A DNA stretch of 63,518 bases, counting the filler, from Sphacelaria rigidula (Eukaryota), in the NCBI GenBank assembly GCA_964200075.2. It is 11 parts of 11 records of this genome, joined end to end, with 100 filler letters (N's around TTAATTAATTAA, not from the genome) between each part and the next. Parts side by side here need not be neighbours in the genome. Positions count along the whole stretch, not along the records: positions 52,053 to 57,735 come from CAXNAA020025281.1; positions 57,836 to 63,518 come from CAXNAA020025282.1; 9 more parts are not named here. One strand, written 5' to 3'. Within the stretch, counting starts at the first letter, position 1. The number at the start of each line of letters is the position of its first letter. The position numbers and the translations under genes are program-made. Positions 53,105 through 63,518 of this stretch are shown here, one piece after another. The notes under the pieces are model-generated. The model was not told the origin of the DNA. It was given only the letters and a program-made list of their open reading frames with translations, and did no database searches.

Positions 53105-53684
53105 CAAAGTATTCCCTCTGTTTTTTTTTTGCTAATGTTGACGTTCGTCTCGCAGCGCTTCACGGGCTGGTCTGCTGACGGCGGAGCAGGAAATACCGGC
53201 GGATTCAGTAGCCGTCTTCCGCGACTGCGGAGTGTCGGGCGAGGTAATGGGTGGGAATGACGCACGAATGATGGATTTTGTTCTTGAGCTTTCGAGCGGT
53301 CGTCGGCCTTTGCTCGGTGGGGCTTCGAAAGGCACTTTTGCGTAAATCTCTTTGGGGTAGGGGGGGGGGGGTCTCGGAGAAGAGTTCCACACGTCGGACA
53401 GCTCATGACTTACGTGAAATATCTATAATAGTCAAAGAGGACCATACTCATATATCCGTTGTGTCCAAAAAGGGAAGCTACTTATCATGTTTTGCGTGGC
53501 GTATCTCTCCTTATTTTCATTTTGGTAATATTTTAGTTGATTGCGTTCGTTCCTGTAATTAGCCTGAAGTCTCAAACAAGCATGATGGAGGACCGTATGC
53601 TTTGTGAGAAATAGCAGGGACGGTATTGGAAAAAAGAGCCTACGTCTGTGATCACTGGTTCGAGAGATCGGACTGATGTGCGGA

Positions 53685-53715
53685 AATAATAATAATAGTA
53701 ATAGTAATAATAATT

Positions 53716-53762
<47 letters not shown>

Positions 53763-53928
53763 CAACGGTCGTCGGGGGTCCCAATAATAATAATAGTAAT
53801 AATAATAACAGTAACAGTAACAGTAATAGTAATAATAGTAGTAATAGTAATAATAATAATGATAATAACAATAATATTGACAATAATAATGACAATAATA
53901 ATAACGATAATAACAACAATAATAAATA
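53685..53928. repeat. (AAT)n microsatellite, two degenerate blocks
   Basis: Direct reading of the sequence. Confidence 0.95.
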
Positions 53929-55661
53929 AGAACACAAAATACTTGACAGTGAGGTCCGAGAAGTCAAAGTACTACCTTTGCGCTACTCACGGTAATCGAC
54001 GTCCAGCGCCGTAGGGAGCAAAATGGAAAAACGAGACGGATGAGTTTGCTCATGATCCGGAGAAGTACACTAGTGTGAAGTAATATCTGGTAGCTCATGA
54101 GCTGTCCAATGTATGAAAAGGTTCAAATATGCATTTTTCGTTTCCGCTCGAAAGATATGTGAATCGGTGGACGTTGGAAGAAGGAACCGGTCTTTCCCGG
54201 GAAATTCTCCCCCCAAAATTTACGCATTTGATGCAATACGGGGTATAATCCCGCTGCCGTGGGGAAGGGTGTGTTATTCACCGCCGTAATTTGGTCCAAG
54301 AATGCGTTTGTTCTGCTGCAGGCCATCAAGCAGCTGGGAAATACAAAAGTATAAGGCTCGAACGAAGTAATGACTCGTCTGGAAAATACTTGATTTTAGT
54401 GTAATTGGTTCATATCGTACGAATCAATTCTTGGACTTTGTTTTCAGCGCCGTAACCCAGGTACGCGCAACCCAGGCACGTGGAATGGCGCAAATATTGG
54501 GTGGAGACTTGGTTGGAAAAAAATCGTGGATTTGGTGATTCTCATCGACAAAGACTCGTCTGAACCTTGCAAAATTTGACAGAGAAGGGTTTGTTCACCA
54601 CAATGATCGAAAAATTGTTGACTGTCGAGCTAATTTATCGAAGAGACGGACCCTTGGGTTGTGTACTCTCTTGGGACCCCCGACGACCGTTGATCCTATA
54701 TTCCTCCCGAATTTATCGTATACATGATTGTTTTCTTTTTTGGGACTTCATTTCCGGCACAGTAATAATATGTCGCCATCCCCGGAAATATAGCGTTAGA
54801 CGTTCACCGTAATGAGTTATGATGGCCGCACAACCTGCAAAAATAATCATGTCGCATTCAACCGGAAATGACCGTTTGAAGTATTGTAGCCGAAAGGATG
54901 AGAGGTTCGAGATTTGAGGGCCTTGATCCATGTGGGCAATTCTTGGCTGTGTTATACAAGGAGCCACAACGCAGTCCCTCTTGAGTTCGATTTACTCGCG
55001 GGGGCGCCCCCGTGATCTGTAATAGCTGAACGACTGATATCTGTTGGGGGGGAAGGTGTTGAGAGTTCGAACCCTGGCATATACAGTTTTTTTTTTTTTA
55101 ACATCTTCTGAGGAGTGATGCGAATTCCGTCGTTTGGGGCGTGAGAACCAAAGTAACAAAGAGTATACATTTGATGAGGGTCGTTGCGATAAGGGAGTGC
55201 TGATTCAATCAGTGGCAACAAGACGAAAAAAGCAGGTACCCTACATGCTGGTTCACGCTCATCAACCTAACAACATTCATCCGCAAGGCATCGCGCCGCT
55301 TTTAGGAGTTGGACCCTGGAATTTTGCACAAACTAGTCGATACGCACCTTTCGAAGGCCGAAGAATTTTACTTGACTTGTGAAGACCCCCAGAAGGCGGT
55401 ACAGAATGCCCAGAAAGATGAGGGAAAATATGATGTGTCCCGGAATAGCCCAAGGAACACATGGCACCCCCGGAAGCCGGTAGATAAGGGAGAGACATTT
55501 GAAATATTTTCAAAAATACAATTTTTCAACGGTATTTAAAGCATCAATACCCACGGAAATGCCAAGTGTGAGGGCGATGTGAGATTTTCTACGACAGATA
55601 TAAGGGAAATCGTCACGAGGTTCCCGGGTCTTTCGTGATTATCATCCGTGGGAATTAGAGG

Positions 55662-56052
55662 TGTCATGACGTTGGAAAGCGTCATTGGCCAAATCAGGGA
55701 GTGTGGGATTGTATGTCTGATGAGGCTTGATCAGACCGGGTGTGAGTTTGATCAAAGGGAGCACGTGGCGATCCCGTAATCACTCATCCCGTCACTTACG
55801 GCCAAAGCTGCATCGCAACGAAGCTGTTCCGGTGAGAGACGTGCAAGAGCATTGCGCAGAGCGATAATGAATACGAGTGAGCAAGAGTCTCAAAGATGAA
55901 GTGGATCAACCCATCTATTGCGTGAAACCAAGAGCTTGGGGGTTTGATTCGTCGTGGTAGATACGACGAAGATTTTGGGGCAGATTGCTTTCGTCAACGG
56001 CCTTATCCAATTTGCCAAGCGTGCTTGCATACATGCCTGCTACCCTATTACA
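55662..56052. mobile_element. Solo LTR, 391 bp, with 4-bp TSD GAGG
   Basis: gagg|TGTCATGA...TATTACA|gagg. The flanks rejoin to match the uninterrupted family E copy at about 24190-24260. Confidence 0.8.
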
Positions 56053-56646
56053 GAGGACGATAAAACCCCACATCCCCCAAACATCACGGTTTCGGGTATA
56101 AGTCGACCCCGTAGTAATTGTTCTCAAACCTGTTGTATGCCGTCAGATCCCCGAGCTGATGGCAGTTACTGTGATTTGAAGCATGTGAAGATTTGGTGAA
56201 AATTGGGCTTGATATTCGTATTTTCGATTTCAGAACCATTTTGAAGGGTGCTGATTGGTCGAGGTACCTTTTCGCCCTTTGTGCCACCACTGTGGCCTTG
56301 AACACAAATCTAGCTTTTAAGACTCTCTTCAGCTGCCCATGGCGGTCAGTCTGATATCATATACGCCACTTTGGGGTAGGTTTCTCGAAAAGTCATATTC
56401 AATTTTGAGTGATCAGCGTGAACCAGCCTGCACGTGTACCGTATCGGGGAAAAGATAGATGGGCTGACTTACCCCTTCATGAATTGAGACTACGGGCTTG
56501 CGAATCCCGAGGAAGGGAAGGGGTCAAAACAAAAGTTTGACACGTGTATGAGGGAACAACGATGGAAGAAATTAATAACACGTATGAGAAAAGGAGAAAA
56601 AAGAACATGGAAACAAAAAAATGGTGTCGATCAATACTCTCCCTCG

Positions 56647-56682
<36 letters not shown>

Positions 56683-56860
56683 AGGTTCGTACCCATCCCC
56701 CCACCCCCAGCTCCGCCAGGAGGAAACGCTGGCGCAGCTCTCCACCCCCCACNNNNNNNNNNATGAGTAGAAAAGAAGGAAAAAGAACAACGAAATACAA
56801 AAAACCTCGAACAAAAGGTAACTCCCCCCCCCCCCCCCCCCCCCCATCTTCTACCCGCAG

Positions 56861-57352
56861 AGGGTTTTCGGACCCATATACGCTGGCGAGTACCTGGGAA
56901 AGGCTGTATCCGTCAGCGTCCTCGACCGACCCGTCGGGGTCAGCGGTGGCAAGTCGGCGGCTGCCCGGCTCCGAGCCACCGCAACGGAAGAAATTCGCGC
57001 GCTGGTGGGGCAACTGCCGCGCCACCCGCGGCTTGCCCGCACACACGGCGTCGAAATAGTCAGCACGTCCGTGCCCGCTAACCTCCGGAGTGCCCCGCTG
57101 GGAGCTACTGCTGCCCCTCCGCTGCTTGTGTTGGTAGGGGAGCTGGTGGAGAGTGGATCGCTCCGTGCACGGGTTGCTAATGCCAAAGCCAAGGCCGGCC
57201 AGGCGGCGGTTAGCGGTTCGGTGGGTAGTTTGCGATGGCGACGGATTCTCGCGGATGTGGCCGAGGGACTGGCGTGTCTTCATGGGAAAGGGGTGGAGCA
57301 CGGGGCGCTCTCCAGCGAGAATATACTGGTGGATGCGGGCGGCAGAGCAAAG
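56861..57352 (+). CDS. Exon of tyrosine-kinase-like (TKL) probable pseudokinase (subdomains I-VIb)
   Basis: cgcag|...|gtgtgt, 492 bp open. VFGPIYAGEYLGKAVSV...LVGELVESGSL...RILADVAEGLACLHGKGVEHGALSSENILVDAGGRAK. Confidence 0.85.
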
Positions 57353-57410
57353 GTGTGTTTGTGCCAGGGGCTTTGATGCCCCCTCCCCGCGCGCGCGGGG
57401 TGTCGTGTGT

Positions 57411-57612
57411 GGTGTACTCATGATATTGCAAACCGTAGTAATGAGACCGTTGACCTCGCATCCTTACAAGGCTGGGACGGATCACGTCGGATTTTCGCTG
57501 GACCTGGCTCTCAATCAAATACCAAGAGCGAAGCGCCGTGACGTGTTCGGTGACTTGCATGGCATGTGGGGTAAGCTGTATCCTACTGAGATTTTTCGGC
57601 CCCAGGCGGACT
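57411..57612 (-). mobile_element. SINE-like family A copy
   Basis: Reverse complement aligns to the other A copies over full length. Confidence 0.75.
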
Positions 57613-58099
57613 GTCGGGTATGGATGACACCGCACATTGAGTTGCTTCATTTTGTGGTATCGCTACGCGCGAAGGAGGGGGGGGGGCGTACTCATTTGTT
57701 GCTTGCCTTAGTCATTTGACCATTGACCACGCATCNNNNNNNNNNNNNNNNNNNNNNNNNNNNNNNNNNNNNNNNNNNNTTAATTAATTAANNNNNNNNN
57801 NNNNNNNNNNNNNNNNNNNNNNNNNNNNNNNNNNNAGATTTTAATCCTCCGGGTTCTCATCCTCAATCAAAAGCACCATCCTCAACATAGATGATTGGCT
57901 GTTTTGTGTATAAATTCCATCTGCGAGTGTACATAGGATTTTTTGTAAACTTCAAGCTGTTCGAAATAAATCATTTTTGCCCGATTCCAAATTTGGAATT
58001 AGGATTTATTTCGAACGGCTGAGGCTGTACAGTTTCCATATTTTCATAGCACTTGTGCCTTCGAAAACAATCCAGGGGATTTTAATATCGACACACATA

Positions 58100-58466
58100 G
58101 CCGGTCGCCTCGGTGGCTCAGTTGGCAACCACGAAACCTTCTGGCGATTTGGTCGTAGATTTCTAATCTCGGAGCGATCCGGGATTTTTTCTCATGCAAT
58201 GACCAACAGTGGAGAGCGACCAAGTCGTGGATATACAAAATTCGACTTGACGGTCGACGAGGGAAAAGGACTGCTGAACCCCTCTTGCGATAAAAATAAA
58301 GGCAAGCACCGCAGAAGGAAGCAGGTGGGGTACTAAAAACAAAAAAAACAAAAAGCTCCTGTGTTGACCCTCGTTCCGTGTGACCCCGGCTGGTCCGCCC
58401 ACATACACCGAAACATGTAGACCGGCGTCCAGTTTAGATGGGGCGACAACACACACACACACACAG
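58100..58466 (+). mobile_element. Full-length tRNA-derived SINE C
   Basis: ggtggctcagttgg A box, degenerate B box, shared body and (CA)n tail at 58448-58465. Confidence 0.85.
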
Positions 58467-61400
58467 ACAGACCTTCGAGGGCCCCAACATTGAAAAACCT
58501 CTAGAGGATTACGAATAGGCACTGGGCCCACAGATAAGGGCAAGAATTATGAGTGGAAAGGCTTTCCGACCAATCATAGTCTTGAAATACAACCCCAAAG
58601 TGCGGCGACCTTTCTTCAATCAAATGAGAAAAACGAGTGCAATATGAGTCAACAAGAAGTAGCTTTGATTGGCCAACACATTGAGCCGCTGCGAGGCAGA
58701 CAGCTGCATCAACAAACGAGGATACAGCAGATCCGTGCTGGCTCAGTTTGTTTCCCCCGACCTGCACGCACCCGCCTTGCGTGTCTTACCCGATCACAGC
58801 ACCCGACTATAACTAAAGTACCAGAGCAGAAGATGCAACAGACCGCTGCACAACCTTCACATGACGATTGTTTCAACCTCTCTTTGTTTGGGCAGCACTT
58901 TGATCCCACCGCAATTCTGTGCCGACCGAAACACAGCATGCAGCAGTACAACTGCTCGGGCACTCTCCAGCGCACATCGCACCGTGATCGTCGTAGAGTG
59001 TTTAGATGCACAACAGCACAGCGACAACTACAGCATAGAAATGATAGGTTTGGGAAGCGTCTTATTCCTTTGACTCGAGAATAGCCAACACACCAAAAGT
59101 TTCAACAGCACAGTGTGTAGAGTGTAGAGAGCACCGCGTGCCGACTTGATATTATTTTTCATAGAGACGAATTGAGTGATGACAATTAAAAAAACAGCCC
59201 AGGCATTCCCAGCGGAGATCGAACCGTCTCCACAAAGACCTGAAGACGCCACAGCGCAGCGACAGCTACAGCACGGGAGGCAGAGCATGAGTGTGGTTGA
59301 AGTGTGGTTGTGCTGCAGCACAGTGATACAGAACATGTCCTATTCGATAGTTATTTCCCTAATTTCGGGGGGGTCCTCGATTTTGCCGAGTGGCGATTTT
59401 CAAACGCTCGGCGATACTCGCGCTTCGCGCGGAATATTTTTTATTCGTTCGAGTTACCTTCATCTGTGGGAGGTGAGCCCAGAACAACTTGCCTTTAAAC
59501 TGGTGCATTTTCGAGTGATGGTCGGTTCAACCACAGTACCGCAGTGATGCCCATTACAGAGTACTGCGCAGATCTCGGAACGGTTTTGAATGTGTTGCCA
59601 CTCCATCAGGTTGATTATCTACCCCGCCTGGCGGTCATGGGGGGTATCTGTGCGTATCCGCAAGGCCTTTTGCTCGGTAGGATTTTCGAAAACTAAAACA
59701 TATGATGAATGTAAGATCCGGATGACCAGCCCTATGGCGGTCAAGGGGTCGGCCATCCTGGCGTTCCAAGGGCCGACCCTTTGACCGCCAGGATGCGGGC
59801 AATTGCGTTGATTGGGTTCTGCACGGGCAAACTTCAACCGATTTAGTGGGCAGTGCAGTTCCTCAGGAACAAAATCCATGGAATACCGCACTGTCTGCTC
59901 TGCGTTGTACACTACAAGCACCTCTGTGTAGGGGACGAGCGAGCGTGACATATATTGTAGTACCGTACATGACTATCACCAAGAAACTGAAAGTGTGTGT
60001 ATCATATCTTGTATCCACGACAAACGACCCACGCATCACTTCCTCTACCTCGCCGTTTCTTGCAAGATCTAACAGGATCTAACGTTATTTGTTTGCTCGT
60101 AATCTTTGTACGATATTTGTTTACTCGTGGATATTCCCGACCATCCCATGCAGTATAATACCTGAAGCAGTAAAGCAGGGGAGGCATGCGAAGCCGTGGC
60201 GACCGTCACTCCCAGCGCTAAACATACCGTGCTCAAAGCAGGTGCCATTGGTGCTGCTGTTCCTCGTTTGGTTAGCGAAATCAGAGAAGGCACAGCAGAT
60301 ATATACTGGTGGAGACTGCCGCTGCGGATATCGACAGTATAGCCCAAAAGGTGTTACTTGAATTTTAGGATCGCGTACAGTGTGCAAACCCTCGACATTT
60401 TTGGGGATAGGGGGCGTTTGGAAAATGACTTCTCCTACTTCTAAATCGAAGGGTTAGAGCTCGAGCTTGTTGCATTCTACAGGACGGACAAACAGTACCA
60501 GCCTTGTCCGTAGGTCATATCGAGCTCGAAGTGCGAGATTATCACACCGTAACAACAGCCGAACCATATGTCGATCATACACGAAGTAGAGAGAGAAGTG
60601 GGTTCCTGTAAAATAACCAGAACCTTGAAACTGGTAGACGCAGAGCGAAATATCTCGTAAAGGGACCACCTCACACGCCAGCTGTTGTAGAGGTGACTCG
60701 GCCGGCGGTGGAGGTCTCGGGCCAATCTCGTCCACGGCCCTGAGGAGGAACACTGTCTGCTGGGTGGGCACAAAGGCAAGCCTACATCGGTGTTCCCTTC
60801 GGGATACCTCCCTCTACGTCCCCGGGCCAGACATCTCATCGGGTCAAGCCCTGACGAAGCAAAGATGGGAACAGAAAAGACTGACGGCAACCATTTTTAC
60901 GGCGGAAGGCCACAGAAGAATCCGCCGGCATACGGCCCGCGCGCGCCAAAAATGTCACTCTAGTGCGGTCGGATTAGTTTTGTCCAATGACGGGACGCAA
61001 CGGGTCAAGTAGCTCAACTTTGTGCCCACAGCCGAAATCAGCATTGGCGTGCCTGAAATCTTTATGCAAGAAACGATACCACCTGTCCATTTTCTTTATA
61101 CTGAATTCCGTGCTGCACTGGGGCACATTCTTACACGGATCTGGAAAGCACGCCTCGGGCCAATAATTGTGCGTGAAAGCTGTACGGAAACTCAACCATA
61201 TCTTATTCAAACAACAGCTCCTCGACATCCACACTTTTCCATCGCCAGTGCCAAGGAGTATCGGATTGAGCCTCCTCTATTGCGTGACACTATTATAGTT
61301 GCCCTGGGCGGGTGTATAACGGTCGCAAAAAATCAAGATCATCACCAACGTCACACTAAAAAACATACTGTGGCCAGCAGTGGCGTGGGCACCATCATTT

Positions 61401-62243
61401 TTAGTGGGGAGAAGTCGGGTTGCCCGCGCCATTTCGCACCAACCTTGTCGGTACTTGTCTTGTTTTTTTGTTCAGCGATGAAACCCAGAAGCGAACAACG
61501 GCAATTTAACTGATACCTCTATAACATGTCTAGAAATATTGCCTTGATTCGACTGCCCCCACCGCAGTACACTTCAAGCCAAACCTGCCAAATATTTCCC
61601 GAAATTTACAACCAAGTGTCGAAGCTGGCTGCAAACGATCTTGGCGTAACGCGTATTGTAGAAATCTCCGCACGGCTTTACTATCTTCTCCACCAGTCAT
61701 CCCGCGGGCGTACTCTTCGAGTTCTCCCCCTGCCTTTCCCCCCCGCCAACGCACCAGCAGACTCGCAGCCCAAAGGCAAGACTCCCGGGCAATCACTCTC
61801 AAGGATCCATCACTCCCTTGGTTGGGGCTACAGCACGTCAATGCTCACAAACACGCTCATTTACTGGAGCGCACGCTAGTACTTGGGGCAACACAAAACA
61901 CATTCAGCGTATACCCCCCCCCTCTCCTTCCCCCCCACTGAAACGCACCAAATTCCAACTTTCGGGGCTTCAATTTCGAAAGCTGTAAAAGGGGACCGCC
62001 TGCGTAGACCAGCGTTGAACTAGCACCCGGCTACACTGTACAGAGCGGGGTGTCACAATTAGCCCGCCTATTTTTTGGTCGGTTTCCGAGAGTATTTTAT
62101 TTTGGGCGCCTGTGTTTCCTACTCTTCAAATCTCTGTCCGAGCCATATGCTCCTAAAAAATATCTGAGGACTTTGAAGACCAGCACCACATCCGACTTGC
62201 CACTTCCCGCCCCCCGGCCCTTGTTTAAGCTCTCGCGGAATCC

Positions 62244-62282
62244 TCAGTCATAATCCTTCACCTTGCCGCGGTTCGCTTTCAC
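62244..62282 (-). CDS. Terminal coding exon of the same gene
   Basis: attag|GTG...TGA gives VKANRGKVKDYD*, in phase 0 with the previous exon. Confidence 0.8.
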   Translation of the reverse strand: MKANRGKVKDYD

Positions 62283-62649
62283 CTAATGATATTGATTTCC
62301 CATCGAAAGCAGGGATCGGGAGCCGAAAATTCATGCAGGGACGGTGTGGACAAGGGTGATGGTGGGAGGGGGGGACGTGAGGTCTTGGCTAAGAGAAAAA
62401 TGACCTTTCAAAAAATGACATGCTCGGTGAGGAACATGGCGTATGTGCCGAGACACAATGCCAAGATTTGAATTTATGAACGCATTGAAGGTGCCATTGT
62501 GGTATGTGCAGGGGGTCAAACATCCTGGAAGTCACTGGGTGACTGCCAACAAACATTTCCTTCACGGTGCTTCGAGAGGTAATACTTGGAAGCCAACTGT
62601 TTCCCGTGAAATGTACGTGGCAAAAAGGAGATTTTGGGGCGTCCTTCAC

Positions 62650-62800
62650 CTTAGATCGGAACTCTTTGTCGGCCCTGCGCATGGCCTTTCCTCGCTTGCT
62701 GATTCCGGTGCGCATCTGTCGCTCCTTGGGAGGGTTCCACGCTTCTTCGATCATCTCCTTCAGCTTTTTCAATGCAGTAGAACGATTTTGCGTTTGAGTC
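62650..62800 (-). CDS. Penultimate exon of ICT1/ArfB(YaeJ)-like peptidyl-tRNA hydrolase (RF-1 family)
   Basis: cacag|...|gtgaag, 151 bp. (R)TQTQNRSTALKKLKEMIEEAWNPPKERQMRTGISKRGKAMRRADKEFRSK has the RxQxxN motif and basic C-terminal tail. The GGQ exon is not in the window. Confidence 0.85.
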
Positions 62801-63518
62801 CTGTGACGAGGGGATACATCACAGCAAGATAGAATATATACATACAGAGAAACGGAGGCAGAGAGCGAGAATAAGCGCAGAGGAAGGAGGCAAGGCATGG
62901 AGCGCGGGAGTGCGGTAGACCGAGCGCGTATAAGAAGACGAGACAGGCAGATAACACAAGCCCGTGAGACAGACGAGGCAAGGCAAGGCAGATGGACGAT
63001 CAGACTGGAAAGAGTAGTTCCAGCAGTCAGCACAGGGAGAGCTGAACAGTTCCGCTCGACAGTGGGCAACCATTGCAGAGAGTACATGATATCGCGCTGA
63101 CTTTCCCCCGTCACCTTGTTATGCGCCCTGTCAGTCAGTCTTTAACCCTCAGACCGCGAGACCTCCTCGGATGAACTCAGATGGAATATGCCACATTCGG
63201 GGTTTAGAACAGCACTTTTTTCACTGCACAAAATGCCTTTTGTAATAATCAACATGTGGATGTTGGGCATCTGCAAAGAAAAAATCCCGGAGAACCCCTG
63301 ACAGGCTTCGCCCTGCAGTCAAGTGCGTGCAGGGTCAATATGTGTGCTCCATGACTTCGCTGCAAACAACGGCGAGAAACAGCGTGCCATTTTTCTCCAC
63401 TGAACGTCATCTACTCCACGCTGCTGATGTGTCTGCTTAGTGTCCTGACGTTGACAGCGCGAAGCTATGCCGGCAACATGAGCGGGGGGGGTGTACTCAT
63501 GATCATGCACACCATAGT

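Noticed and set aside
53572..54014. Poly-Leu/Tyr/Asn ORFs
   Set aside because: These are translations of the (AAT)n microsatellite.
5685..57835. Periodic TTAATTAATTAA motif every 5.78 kb as a biological signal
   Set aside because: It is embedded in N runs with an exact 100-bp format, so it is an assembly linker.
58100..58180. tRNA genes (also about 13196, 38160, 39690, 50062, 55020)
   Set aside because: Only A/B-box-like remnants without a full cloverleaf. Several continue into a shared SINE body.
62389..63114. 241-aa ORF as a single-exon gene
   Set aside because: Only 62650-62800 is protein-like and bounded by splice sites. The rest is intron read-through.

Overview
This is eukaryotic, repeat-rich DNA with short GT-AG exons in long introns, most consistent with a brown alga or other stramenopile (an inference, not proven). 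It is not one locus. It consists of 11 unrelated, length-sorted scaffolds (5 of 5684 bp, then 6 of 5683 bp) joined by ten identical 100-bp N44-TTAATTAATTAA-N44 linkers, so adjacency across linkers is meaningless. Host-gene fragments: four phase-compatible exons of a USP32-like EF-hand protein, two exons of a CaMK-group kinase, one exon of a TKL-type pseudokinase, and the last two exons of an ICT1/ArfB-like peptidyl-tRNA hydrolase. The rest is mostly transposable elements: a decayed LINE, a SINE-like family sharing the LINE 3' end and ending in C-rich tracts, a tRNA-derived (CA)n-tailed SINE, several MITEs, TTAA-specific piggyBac-like elements, LTR remnants and palindromic minisatellites. The most notable items are an AcademX-like (XPG nuclease plus Cys-rich finger) transposon gene interrupted by a 74-bp palindrome, and the C-tailed LINE/SINE pair. 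Most ORFs in the supplied track are spurious. All family assignments come from motif recognition by eye; no searches were run.
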